Origin: an uncultured Candidatus Saccharibacteria bacterium
Lineage (GTDB): Bacteria; Patescibacteriota; WWE3; UBA101185; UBA10185
Direction of reading: 5' to 3'
Length of the DNA stretch: 64,000 bases
NCBI GenBank assembly: GCA_964643995.1
Contig: CAZXUJ010000004.1
Location: 8,606-72,605 of the forward strand
Part shown: positions 37,632 through 47,275 of the stretch, piece by piece
Layout: each line of letters starts with the position of its first letter
Numbering within the stretch: the first letter of the stretch is position 1
Position numbers and translations under genes: made by a program
The notes under the pieces: generated by a model
Seen by the model: only the letters and a program-made list of their open reading frames with translations
Told to the model about the DNA's origin: nothing
Database searches by the model: none

Positions 37632-38606
37632 TTATTGCACAATTTTTTCTAAAATATTATGTTGTGCTATACCGTACTTATCCTTAAGCTGATTGTATTC
37701 TCCTGATTTGGTAAACACGTCGTCAACACCAAGTATAGTTAATGGCGTTGGGAGTTGTTGTGATAGTAGCTCTGCCACCGCGCTACCTAAGCCCCCGATT
37801 TTATGATGTTCTTCAACTGTTAAGACTTTTTTGGTTTTTCTAACTGACTCGAGAATTGTTTTGGTGTCTAAGGGCTTGATAGTCGAACAATTAATAACTT
37901 CACAACTTATTTTATGTTTTTCAAATGCTTGGTTAGCGGCACCAAGTGCATCATATACGCTTGGTCCTGTGGCAATAATTGTTAAATCAGTACCCTCAGC
38001 TAGGATTTGCGCCTTTCCTATTTCAAAAGGTGTTTCATTAGTTGTGAAAATTGGAAGATCTACTTTGGAATATCTTAGATAAACTGGTCCATCGTGAGCA
38101 GCCGCGGCAAATACTGCTTTTTTCGTCTCTAGTGCGTCTGCTGGAGATAAAATCAATAAATTAGGTAGTGAGCGCATCATTGCTAAGTCTTCGAGAGCAT
38201 GATGTGTTGCGCCATCAGGTCCATTACTTAAACCTAAATGAGATGAACATATTTTGACGTTTGAATGTGAGTAGCATATCGAAACTTTTATTTGATCCCA
38301 ATTACGTCCTGGGCTAAAAACGCCAAAAGAAGTCATAAATGGTATTTTTCCGCTCAATCCTAGCCCCGCGGCAATTCCTGCCATGTTCTGTTCGGCGACG
38401 CCTACTTGGAAAAATCTTTTTGGGAATTTCTTGGCAAATTTAATGGCTTTTGTTGATTCTGACAGGTCGGCACTTAAAACAACTACATCTTCGTTTTGTC
38501 CGCCTAATTCGGCCAAGGCTTCTCCAAAGGCGTCTCTACCTGTACCAGTATCAATAGTTGGCATAAAAAGTTTATGGGCAAGCTTCAGGTTTTTATTTAG
38601 GTTCAT
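37632..38606 (-). CDS. Transketolase C-terminal (pyrimidine-binding) subunit
   Basis: LSADL, GVAEQNM, GPDGATHHALED, GPVYLR, TVEEH. Confidence 0.95.
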   Translation of the reverse strand: MNLNKNLKLAHKLFMPTIDTGTGRDAFGEALAELGGQNEDVVVLSADLSESTKAIKFAKKFPKRFFQVGVAEQNMAGIAAGLGLSGKIPFMTSFGVFSPGRNWDQIKVSICYSHSNVKICSSHLGLSNGPDGATHHALEDLAMMRSLPNLLILSPADALETKKAVFAAAAHDGPVYLRYSKVDLPIFTTNETPFEIGKAQILAEGTDLTIIATGPSVYDALGAANQAFEKHKISCEVINCSTIKPLDTKTILESVRKTKKVLTVEEHHKIGGLGSAVAELLSQQLPTPLTILGVDDVFTKSGEYNQLKDKYGIAQHNILEKIVQ

Positions 38607-38608
38607 CT

Positions 38609-39190
38609 TTACTCAGTAACGCTTGGTGTCGCTTCTTCAGTTTCGCATTCTACGTTATTTTTAACTCTTTCAAAATCCAGAACTTTATCGGTCTTTGATA
38701 TAACCGCTAAGTCTACTGCCACATTGGCGACTGTATCATACTCATCTAAGCATTCGTCGTCAGGCTCGGTTTCCTCTACCAAAATCTTAAAATTACCAGA
38801 TTCTTCATCTTCGGTAACTTTTTTTATCTTTATTTCGTACCCATATGTCGCATTTGTCTCAGTGGAAACACCAATCAGATACTCCTTGTCAAAGTTTACA
38901 TTTTCTTTGAGGGTTAATTTTCTAGCAGGATCTACCTTATTTAAAAACTCACTAAGTTGGGTTTCGTTAGTGATGATAACTCTTTGCTTTTCCATCACCC
39001 CTACGTCACTTACTATGGTAGGGAAGCCTTCCAAACGTGTGAGTTCGGTGGCATCTCTTCTAAATTTAGGAAGTTTAATTTCGCCTCTCAACAAAAAGTA
39101 TCCTGCCCCTATAAGCACAGCTACCAAAGCCAAAATTGGAAGTATAGTTGCATATAAAATTTTCCCATCTTCTTTGTTAGTTTTATTCAT
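38609..39190 (-). CDS. Membrane-anchored hypothetical protein (PrcB-C-like exported domain)
   Basis: Start at 39190 overlapping the tkt-N stop; N-terminal TM; VNFDKEYLIGV..GYEIKIKKV..EP..C. Confidence 0.55.
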   Translation of the reverse strand: MNKTNKEDGKILYATILPILALVAVLIGAGYFLLRGEIKLPKFRRDATELTRLEGFPTIVSDVGVMEKQRVIITNETQLSEFLNKVDPARKLTLKENVNFDKEYLIGVSTETNATYGYEIKIKKVTEDEESGNFKILVEETEPDDECLDEYDTVANVAVDLAVISKTDKVLDFERVKNNVECETEEATPSVTE

Positions 39191-40070
39191 AGTCATGCCA
39201 TTTAATTCTGCCTTCCAGTGTCCTAAGTTGTTTAAGAGCCTCTGCCGCCTGCTCTTTGTTAGGAGACCTTCCGTGCCATTCAAATTTATACTGCATAAAG
39301 GGCACATCTTTGCCAGGAATCGTGTGTGCAATTATTGCTGTTGGCCTTTCGAAAATGGTTTTGGCCATATTGCATGCATTAATAATCTCTTCTATGTTGT
39401 GTCCATCAACCTCCAGAACATACCACTGAAAAGCTTCGAGCTTTTCGCGTAAAGGTTCCAAAGGCATAATATCCTCGGTATAACCGTCAATTTGAATATT
39501 ATTTCTGTCAATAATCCAGGTTAAATTATTTAACCTTCTATTACCTGCGAACATTGCTGCTTCCCAGGTTTGTCCTTCATTTAACTCGCCATCACTTCCC
39601 AAACAATAAACTCTATTTTGTAAATCGTCTAACTTTGATGCAAGTGCAATGCCTATTGCTTGTGACAAACCTTGCCCCAAAGGTCCGCCGCTATTTTCTA
39701 TACCGGGGAGCCTTTTAGCATGGGGATGTCCCTGCAAGCGGGAGTCCAGTTTTCTCAGAGACCTAAGCTCTTTTTCTGGAAAAAATCCCTTCATTGCCAA
39801 AGTTGCATACCAAATTGGACAAATATGCCCATTAGACAAAACTACCCTGTCTCTATCAGGGTATTCAGGTCTGCTTGGGTCAATATTTAAAATGTGAAAG
39901 TATAATGCTGCGAAAACGTCGGCCATGCCAAGTGATCCAGCACTGTGCCCAGACTTTGCCTCGAGTAACATGTCAATCACGTTTTCCCTTAGTTTTGTAG
40001 CAATAATCTGTAAATTAGCTACCTCATCGTTCTTACAATAAGAAATAGTCTCTTTATTCTGGGGCATCAT
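39183..40070 (-). CDS. Transketolase N-terminal (TPP-binding) subunit
   Basis: SGHSAGSLG, RDRVVLSNGH, LQGHP, GPLGQGL, SDGELNEGQTWEA. Confidence 0.95.
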   Translation of the reverse strand: MMPQNKETISYCKNDEVANLQIIATKLRENVIDMLLEAKSGHSAGSLGMADVFAALYFHILNIDPSRPEYPDRDRVVLSNGHICPIWYATLAMKGFFPEKELRSLRKLDSRLQGHPHAKRLPGIENSGGPLGQGLSQAIGIALASKLDDLQNRVYCLGSDGELNEGQTWEAAMFAGNRRLNNLTWIIDRNNIQIDGYTEDIMPLEPLREKLEAFQWYVLEVDGHNIEEIINACNMAKTIFERPTAIIAHTIPGKDVPFMQYKFEWHGRSPNKEQAAEALKQLRTLEGRIKWHDYE

Positions 40071-40242
40071 CGTTCAGTATATGACGTTTCACACAGCATC
40101 GCAACTTTCGGAGTTTGTTCGGGTACAATCTGTGATCTAACTGTTAACACATTTTACTATTGATGTTAGGTCCCATAGTGTGCTATGTTAGAGGTGTTTT
40201 ACTTACCCAATTCAGAAGTACCTACATAACTGGAGGCAAGCA

Positions 40243-40377
40243 ATGAGTGATAGCACCAGGCGACAACGGCATCGAGCAAAATCTCGTATGCATGATTTGG
40301 TTAAGGCAATAAACTATACACTGTGGTATCTAGGGCTACGCCCATACCCTGTGTATGAAGAGGACGAAAATGCCTGA
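40243..40377 (+). CDS. Orphan microprotein (44 aa)
   Basis: GGAGG SD; MSDSTRRQRHRAKSRMHDLVKAINYTLWYLGLRPYPVYEEDENA; overlaps next start (ATGCCTGA). Confidence 0.5.
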   Translation: MSDSTRRQRHRAKSRMHDLVKAINYTLWYLGLRPYPVYEEDENA

Positions 40378-40573
40378 TGTAACTTGGATTATGTATGTTC
40401 CGTGTGGGCTTTTGATTTTGTTAGGTTTTCCTGTGCTCTTTTTCACTTCGAAAACGAAGCGAAAGCGGCAAGGACGCAACCATGCAGTGAAAGAACACCA
40501 GCGTGGTGGACCTGTAGATGGCACCCACCGTGGTCAAGGTTCTCCTGATCGTGGTGGTCCTGGTTCCCGCTAG
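40370..40573 (+). CDS. Orphan single-TM microprotein with basic Gly-rich tail
   Basis: Coupled to previous ORF; followed by hairpin 40597-40666. Confidence 0.5.
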   Translation: MPDVTWIMYVPCGLLILLGFPVLFFTSKTKRKRQGRNHAVKEHQRGGPVDGTHRGQGSPDRGGPGSR

Positions 40574-40687
40574 AAATTTTTTTGAGACAGACTCGCTTGG
40601 GTGTGTAACACCTAGTTTTAATTTAAATGACCATTTTTAAGTTAAAGCAATTTGTTGCACACCCAAACATCATCGGCTTAGGTGTTG

Positions 40688-41896
40688 CTAAACTATAGTT
40701 TCTATTTTTTCCAAAGATTTTATGTAGTCCAGAACTTCTTGTGGAGTGGTGCAAATACGCAAAATATGTTCTTCACCGTTTTTGAGGTACATATAGTTTT
40801 TCATATAGTCTACAAAGTGTTTCCAAAAATCCCCATATAAAACCACAGGCTTATTGTTAGGTTCGTGAATCCATGAACTAACCCAACTCATACCAAGTTC
40901 ACTCAATGTTCCAATGCTTCCATTAAAAACTATATGCATATCTACAGCTTGTAACATGACTTTTGTTCTATCGAAGTAGTCTAAAGTTTTCACCTCTTCA
41001 TCAAAGGTATTTTCAAGGTCTACACCTTCATAATGTCTCTTAGGCTTATTTGGGTGGTAAGTTATTGCAAGAGATTTCCCTCCTCCCGCATGCGCTCCCT
41101 TTGTTGAAGCTCTCATTACACCCGGGCCGCCTCCGTTAACTACTTGATATCCGTTTTCGGCTAAAAGTTTGGCAACATCGAAAGCATCTTTGTATGCTTG
41201 ATCGGTATCTTTCCACGCGGCGCCACCTAGAAACGCTATCTTTTTGATCTTTTGCATTTTGTTAAGGGATAAGTGCACTGCTTGTATAAGGTCTCGGTAG
41301 GCTTGCTTTGGGTCTGGTGTGCCAAATATTGCTGATCCTACAACCATATCGTCTACCCCTGCATCTAAAATACTGTCTAGCGTTTGAATCGTTACACCAC
41401 CATCGACTTTACACATCATGCTAGGAAAGGCAACCTTAAACTTTTTAATTTTGGGAAGTACCTCGCTAATAAATCTTTGTCCCTGTTTACCGGGATTTAT
41501 TGTCATGAATTGTACATAATCTATACGATGTGCATGCGGCCAAAGTGCATCAATATCAGTTTCAGGGTTAATGGCAATTCCAACCTGATAACTATTTCTC
41601 CTGCAATTTTCAATAAAAGCATCAATTTCATCTTTTCTTTCGATATGGGCAATAACTGCAGTGACATTTTTGATTTTGTCTTCAACAAACCTGGCCGGAT
41701 GCTCGACCATGAGGTGTAGCTCTACGTGAGCTCTAGTCTCTACATTATTTAACTGCTTTACGTCTAGAAAGGTTTTTCCTTCTACAAAATGTCCATCCGT
41801 AATATCTATCTGAACATTTTCTGCAACATCATCTATCACATCCAGCTTTTTTCGTACTTCTTCAAAATCTTTTTCGAGAATTCCGGGGAAAATCAT
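40688..41896 (-). CDS. rpe: Ribulose-phosphate 3-epimerase fused to LOG-family protein
   Basis: N-half IDITDGHFV, ELHLMV, MTINPGKQGQ, VDGGV, VVGSAIF; C-half VVNGGGPGVMRA, GSIGTLSEL, KPVVLYGDFW. Confidence 0.85.
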   Translation of the reverse strand: MIFPGILEKDFEEVRKKLDVIDDVAENVQIDITDGHFVEGKTFLDVKQLNNVETRAHVELHLMVEHPARFVEDKIKNVTAVIAHIERKDEIDAFIENCRRNSYQVGIAINPETDIDALWPHAHRIDYVQFMTINPGKQGQRFISEVLPKIKKFKVAFPSMMCKVDGGVTIQTLDSILDAGVDDMVVGSAIFGTPDPKQAYRDLIQAVHLSLNKMQKIKKIAFLGGAAWKDTDQAYKDAFDVAKLLAENGYQVVNGGGPGVMRASTKGAHAGGGKSLAITYHPNKPKRHYEGVDLENTFDEEVKTLDYFDRTKVMLQAVDMHIVFNGSIGTLSELGMSWVSSWIHEPNNKPVVLYGDFWKHFVDYMKNYMYLKNGEEHILRICTTPQEVLDYIKSLEKIETIV

Positions 41897-42333
41897 TGGT
41901 CAATTTCATCAATTTTTTTAAGTCGTCTAACGTGTCTTTCATCGCCACTAAAGTCTGTTGACAACCAGCCATGGACAACGTTTAGGGCTTCTTCTCTTGT
42001 CAAAAAGTCTGCAGGAATAGCAAGTACATTTGCTGCGTCGTCGTTTCGGCTCGACTGTGCATGTTCTTTCGACCATGATAGTGCGCAACGTATGCCTTTA
42101 AACTTATTTGCGAGCACACTTACTCCGACGCCGTTTCTACAAATCAATATTGCCATGTTTTCAGGATTTTTCTGAACTTCCTGCATTGTTGGAACAACAT
42201 AATCAGGGTAATCATCATCGGGAATTAACTCTGTAGGTCCCATATCTTTGACCTCGATACCTTTTCGTTCTAAATAGGTAATGATGTCACCTTTGTACTT
42301 GAAACCACCGTGATCTGAGGCAATGTAGAGCAT
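41893..42333 (-). CDS. rpiB: Ribose-5-phosphate isomerase B
   Basis: IASDHGG, DDYPD, ICRNGVG, ANKFKGIRCA, RHVRRL. Confidence 0.93.
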   Translation of the reverse strand: MLYIASDHGGFKYKGDIITYLERKGIEVKDMGPTELIPDDDYPDYVVPTMQEVQKNPENMAILICRNGVGVSVLANKFKGIRCALSWSKEHAQSSRNDDAANVLAIPADFLTREEALNVVHGWLSTDFSGDERHVRRLKKIDEIDQ

Positions 42334-42943
42334 ATGCAATAAGTATACCAATTATCAAGGCTAAGGAAAGTGTCTGTGTTACATTCAGCCCATTTATAGT
42401 CCAATGTTCTTGTCGTGTATTTTCAAGAAGTATTCTAACTAGGGCATATCCACCGACATATACTGCAAATATAACCCCGTTAGGGTTGAACCATTTCTTT
42501 ATGTAACCTATCTGTATTACAGCGAACAGCATCAGATTTAACCACATCTCATAATAAGCAAATGGAAGCAGCTCATTGTTAAAAATATTACCTATACGGC
42601 CGATTGCTTGCCCAAGTGGTAGATACAGCACTGCTAAGTCCAACCATATAAAAATGTTTTGCTTTTTTACCTTAAGAAAAATACTCACAGCCAATGTTGC
42701 ACAAATCAATCCTCCAAGTATCCCAAGGCCTCCTTGCCACACATAAAAAACTTCCAAAAGATGCAGTTGATAATAGTCCCAGTAATCAATCACATGATAG
42801 GTGCGTGCACCGAAAACACCAAAACATATAACAATCAGCAATCCATCCCAAAAGACTTCAGAAGATAACTTTTTGTGTTTAAGTTGTTTTTCTGTGAGAA
42901 GTGCCCCGACTAGGATACCTAGGGAGATCATTATTCCGTACAT
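42287..42943 (-). CDS. lgt: Prolipoprotein diacylglyceryl transferase
   Basis: GARTYHV, WQGGLGILGG, GQAIGRIGN.FN.E, RILLE..R. Confidence 0.9.
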   Translation of the reverse strand: MYGIMISLGILVGALLTEKQLKHKKLSSEVFWDGLLIVICFGVFGARTYHVIDYWDYYQLHLLEVFYVWQGGLGILGGLICATLAVSIFLKVKKQNIFIWLDLAVLYLPLGQAIGRIGNIFNNELLPFAYYEMWLNLMLFAVIQIGYIKKWFNPNGVIFAVYVGGYALVRILLENTRQEHWTINGLNVTQTLSLALIIGILIAYALHCLRSRWFQVQR

Positions 42944-43492
42944 CTAGATTAGACTGAGGCCGAAAAGCAAAACTACGACAAGTCCACAAGCATACAAATA
43001 AAAAGTATTTTTGTCGGGCTTCTTTTTAAATGCCCAAAACCAATTGTCTGTTCGATTTTCAAAATGTTCTTCAGCCATACGATACATTGAGTTTACAAAC
43101 GCTGAAATTGTTACTGCTTTGATAAGCATACTAGTTGGAGTACCTGCTACAACAATTACGAGACCTGCTAGAGCAATTTGAAAAAGTGCGCTATTTAGTA
43201 CGGCGTCTTTAATCTCACCTTTGTGATAGTAAATATAGTTCCATGCTCCAATGTAATCTTTGTGTTTTGTATATCCACGAACTTGTGTTGAGAAATCTCT
43301 CTCTGGTTCAAAAAAATAGGCATATATGAAATAGTCCAAATCAAGTATGAAAGTTCCAATGATAGTGCCAAGGGCGATCAAAAATATTTGGAAAACACTT
43401 CTTTCTACAGTTAAAGCAAGAATCACCACGAAAAGTGTAAGAGCTAGCAGAATGGGTAACTTATAGGCATCAAAAATCTTTTTACCTGTCAT
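42944..43492 (-). CDS. Hypothetical membrane protein
   Basis: 182 aa, several TMs, co-oriented with lgt. Confidence 0.6.
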   Translation of the reverse strand: MTGKKIFDAYKLPILLALTLFVVILALTVERSVFQIFLIALGTIIGTFILDLDYFIYAYFFEPERDFSTQVRGYTKHKDYIGAWNYIYYHKGEIKDAVLNSALFQIALAGLVIVVAGTPTSMLIKAVTISAFVNSMYRMAEEHFENRTDNWFWAFKKKPDKNTFYLYACGLVVVLLFGLSLI

Positions 43493-43535
43493 ATATTAAT
43501 TAAATTCTAGATGATATAAGTCTTGGGGTAAAGGC

Positions 43536-43811
43536 TTAATTATTGTTCTTAAGTTGTTCTTTTTTGAGCTCACTCAACTTCCACATAAAAAGTCGTCCCT
43601 TTGTTGTTGCTTTATCTTGTCCCATCACAAATTCCCTTGCCCTCTCAAGTAATACACGGCTCTCAGTTTTGGCTAGTTTGATATAAAGTGCTCGATGCTT
43701 AATGTCCCCAAATTCTTCGGCTAATCTGTTGCCATAGGCTTGGAATTCATTTTTATTACGGAAATCAGCTGATTTGTTTTTGTTTTTGATGATCTCTTCG
43801 ATTTTTCTCAT
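43536..43811 (-). CDS. Hypothetical protein
   Basis: 91 aa; EFQAYG.RLAEE.GD.KH.ALYIKLAK..GRLFMW. Confidence 0.65.
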   Translation of the reverse strand: MRKIEEIIKNKNKSADFRNKNEFQAYGNRLAEEFGDIKHRALYIKLAKTESRVLLERAREFVMGQDKATTKGRLFMWKLSELKKEQLKNNN

Positions 43812-44916
43812 TAGGATACTTGTAATTTAAGATGTACAAAATTGCAAGGGACAGAAGTGGTGCAGTGAAGAGAGGTGACTTGAAGTAGAACAAAGTTAGT
43901 AACACAAACCCTCCCATAATAGCCAAGTTGTACTTTTTTTCTTCTATTAGCAATAGGGCAGGGATTATCAAGAGAATTTGGTCATGAATATGTACATGAA
44001 ATCCAAAAAGTAAGCTTGCAAGTATTGCTATGGTATAAAGTTCCTCTCTAAGAAGTGCATCTTTTTTCATATAAAGAGCTACTAGAAATGAGGTATAGAA
44101 AATCAGTGCGATTAGTACGGATGTCACTTCTGTTATGTTTAGTGCATTCTGCAAATAGGCTTGGCTAGATATATAAATTTCAGTATTTATAAGTTCCTTA
44201 GAGGTTTCTACAGTTTGTATCATCTTTATGAACCCTAGCAACCCTCCATATGGTAGGGTTGCGCTCAGAATACCCAAGATAGTTAGTGGTAGTAACCCTT
44301 GAACAAATTGCTTTTTTTCCTTTATAGATAAAAGCACAAACGGTATACCTACGATAAACTGCAATTTGAACAAACACAATGAATACCATAATCCTGCTTG
44401 GAAGGGCTTGTTCTTTTCAAGTGAAATGTACGCCAGGCACATCCCTAGAAGTACAAAAATTGCAGTTTGGCCTTGCGCCAAAGAAAAAGCTGCTGGAGAA
44501 AAAGCTAGAGCTAAAAGTCCCAAATAGGGACGTCTTAATTGTTTACCTACGATAGTTATAATTATGAACCCTATACCTATATAAATGAGATAGGCTTGTT
44601 GCACAGTAAAAAAACTCAGTGGTATGAAAATTGAGAGTGTCCCCGGTAATGCCATAAATGGGAGCTCGTGACTGAATTTAGAGATATCGTTATAGTATTG
44701 CTTTTGCAATTCAAGATTATACAACTCTCTCCATCGATCATCTCTTACTAATGTTCCCGCGGTATAATAACTTAAGAAATCTCTTCTATTTAAAATGGTT
44801 GGGTTTGCCCAAGCATGTATAAGTTTATATGAATTAACAATTACCATGCTCAACAGGAAAGTTGCTAGGATAGCCTGTTTTACTGTCCTAGTTGTGTCAC
44901 GATTTGCTTTGATCAT
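43765..44916 (-). CDS. GT87/DUF2029-like glycosyltransferase
   Basis: DFLSYYTAG, PF..P, QGQ, FKLQ, HVHIHD. Confidence 0.75.
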   Translation of the reverse strand: MIKANRDTTRTVKQAILATFLLSMVIVNSYKLIHAWANPTILNRRDFLSYYTAGTLVRDDRWRELYNLELQKQYYNDISKFSHELPFMALPGTLSIFIPLSFFTVQQAYLIYIGIGFIIITIVGKQLRRPYLGLLALAFSPAAFSLAQGQTAIFVLLGMCLAYISLEKNKPFQAGLWYSLCLFKLQFIVGIPFVLLSIKEKKQFVQGLLPLTILGILSATLPYGGLLGFIKMIQTVETSKELINTEIYISSQAYLQNALNITEVTSVLIALIFYTSFLVALYMKKDALLREELYTIAILASLLFGFHVHIHDQILLIIPALLLIEEKKYNLAIMGGFVLLTLFYFKSPLFTAPLLSLAILYILNYKYPNEKNRRDHQKQKQIS

Positions 44917-46126
44917 TTTGAATTAGTTGTGGAAATGTGAGAAAAATAATTCCAACAATGATATACAACGAAGTGCTAAGCATATGTATTTTTATATAGG
45001 TTGCGGTTAATAGTAACAGTAAACATGCATATGTCAGAATGTTGCTATTGGTATAGCCCTTTTGACTGCTTGTTGCTAACAGCGCTATGGAAACGTAGAT
45101 TATGAGCAAATCCTGACCAAACACGTGTAAGGAGAATAATATCCCAAATAGTACTGCCATACTAAATAAGTATTCCAGAGAATATTTTTTGGTTTGTTTA
45201 TACAGGATACCTCCTGTCAAAGCATACAGAATCATGGACACAAAAATTATGGGACTAGTTGTGGTATTAAGTCCTGCTAAATTTGTTAAATAACTTTGAA
45301 TTGAGGCTAGCCTTGTTGGGGGGCTAAAATATTCTGTATTCTCAGTATAGACTATAAATTCTGGGTATTTTACAAGGACGTCTGGGCCGACCAAGACTAG
45401 ACTGAAAATGAAGAAGCCTATCATAGATATTAAGAGTCCAACTAGATATCTTCTATCTAATTTAGTTATGATCCATATAAATGGTGTTATCACGATGTAA
45501 TGTGTTTTTAGAAGATAAAGTCCGCTGACTAGCCCCGCATAAAAAAGTCGTTCTCCCTTTATTAACCTATATACCACTACTGTTACTAACATCAGCAGAA
45601 TGGTAGGTTGCCCCTGCCCTAAAGCTATGAATGTTGCCTCATATGCTAGTAAACCAACAAAAGTCACAATCTTTTGCTTTGTAGTATGGGTCTTGTAAGT
45701 GAGTAGGTAGCTTGCTATAAGAAGTGTGCCGAAATTAATTAACCAAAATGTCCAAAATGCATTGCTATAGGAGAGGTAGGATAACGGAAGCATCAAAAAT
45801 GCTAATGGAGGTAACGCTCTGAACGGTAGAAAGAATTCAGTTATCAATCCAACATATTTGTTCTCGGTATATTCGTGATATTTATTAATATCTATCCCGG
45901 TTATGTCCCGATAATAGTCAGCCTGTACCTGCAAATCGTATAAATTCTGCTTATTTTCCCGTAAGAGCTTAGCCCCCATATAATAGTTTGGAAAATCAAC
46001 CCTTTTTATGAGCTCTTCAGATAATAGGTAGGGAGTAAAATAAACAATATTTCTTATAGCTACGGCTACTAGAAAAATGACGATCAACGTGTGCAATGTT
46101 TGTCTTTGTTTTGGCTTTAAGCTCAC
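44897..46126 (-). CDS. GT87/DUF2029-like glycosyltransferase
   Basis: DFPNYYMGA, PFRALPP, GQGQ, LLKTH, HVFGQD. Confidence 0.75.
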   Translation of the reverse strand: MSLKPKQRQTLHTLIVIFLVAVAIRNIVYFTPYLLSEELIKRVDFPNYYMGAKLLRENKQNLYDLQVQADYYRDITGIDINKYHEYTENKYVGLITEFFLPFRALPPLAFLMLPLSYLSYSNAFWTFWLINFGTLLIASYLLTYKTHTTKQKIVTFVGLLAYEATFIALGQGQPTILLMLVTVVVYRLIKGERLFYAGLVSGLYLLKTHYIVITPFIWIITKLDRRYLVGLLISMIGFFIFSLVLVGPDVLVKYPEFIVYTENTEYFSPPTRLASIQSYLTNLAGLNTTTSPIIFVSMILYALTGGILYKQTKKYSLEYLFSMAVLFGILFSLHVFGQDLLIIYVSIALLATSSQKGYTNSNILTYACLLLLLTATYIKIHMLSTSLYIIVGIIFLTFPQLIQNDQSKS

Positions 46127-46479
46127 TTGTTGAGTTGGTCTCTTACGAGTTTACCGAGATATGGAATTTCCCACTCCTCATTATTGTAGGCTTTCCACAT
46201 AAGTATTAGCCACAAGATAAAGGATCCGATTGAGACTATTGGAGTCAGTAAAACCCCGATTAGAATAGCCGTGCTCATAACTGCAATATTCCACGCGAGA
46301 AAAACTGCTACACCGAAGAAGATTGACTGCAGTGCGTGAAAGCGCACGAATTTATTTTCTTTTTCGAGCATGAATACTACTATTCCTGTAATAGGTGAAA
46401 TGAGATATGCAAGTGCAGCTTCTACGTTAGGATCTAGATTATAAGGTTTGGTGCTTGTATTAGTTTTATTTTCTTTCAT
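46123..46479 (-). CDS. DUF4870-like small membrane protein
   Basis: AALAYL..I.GI...EKEN.FVRFHALQS..M.KAY..E.WEIP.LG. Confidence 0.8.
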   Translation of the reverse strand: MKENKTNTSTKPYNLDPNVEAALAYLISPITGIVVFMLEKENKFVRFHALQSIFFGVAVFLAWNIAVMSTAILIGVLLTPIVSIGSFILWLILMWKAYNNEEWEIPYLGKLVRDQLNK

Positions 46480-47275
46480 ACTTCTATACTACTCTTTCGT
46501 GGTAGGTTTTGGTAGTGTAAGAGCAGTATAAGGACAACGACGTAGCAGGCAGTGGTAAAAACTGTAGTTTCAACAAAGGTTAATGCCGTGAGTGCCCCCC
46601 ACAGAAGCTTTGGAACATTAATTTTAGTTAACAATACCAATGCAACAAACAAAATTATCTTGTCGTACCGATAAGCATGTGCGGTAAAAACTACCCCTGC
46701 TACTAGTGCTGTGCTAAATAAGTACTCCAACGTTGACGTTTTAGATAATATGCCCAGTTTTAAAATGAGCAGAAGGTATCCCAAACCTGATGCAATCAAT
46801 ACAGGAGTACTAAAAATCGGCATTTGTAAAACCTCTGCTAGATAGGCCTGTACGGTTATCATATGCGGTAACAAGCAGTAATCCTATATATACTCCAGCA
46901 GCAATTAAATAGGCATCATATAAACCCACCCTAGTGAGAGGGGCAAAAAGTATTGCAAGTACAGGCAATCCCCTAAATGGCAGATAATATGGTCTTGCAG
47001 CTGCTGGCACCTCAATTTCTTGTATGGTATAGTACGCGGCGGTTCTTATACCTCCAATGCTTTGATAGGACTGATATTGAGTAGCTGAGTCGTATAGGAG
47101 CCGAGGGGTTGTTTTTACCAGATTTCCTGCAGAGTAATATCCCGGAAAATCTCCTTGACGAATACTTTGCTCTCGCAAGATATGTGGTCAATAAAAGAAG
47201 ATGTTTTTGCCTGTAAACACAAGTAATATGGCGTAACCAGTCGTGAGTATTATTCTCCTTATGTTGGGTTGTTTG
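46476..47275 (-). pseudogene. Disrupted third GT87 paralog
   Basis: GDFPGYYSAG/PFRGLP N-part preceded by in-frame TGA (FFY*PH); C-part (LEYLFSTAL..HAYRYD) in another frame; central region missing. Confidence 0.7.

Noticed and set aside
47185-47195. In-frame TGA in the GT87 copy as evidence of genetic code 25/4
   Set aside because: TGA terminates conserved genes here (e.g. jag at 7825-7827), other genes are uninterrupted under code 11, and this copy has further lesions
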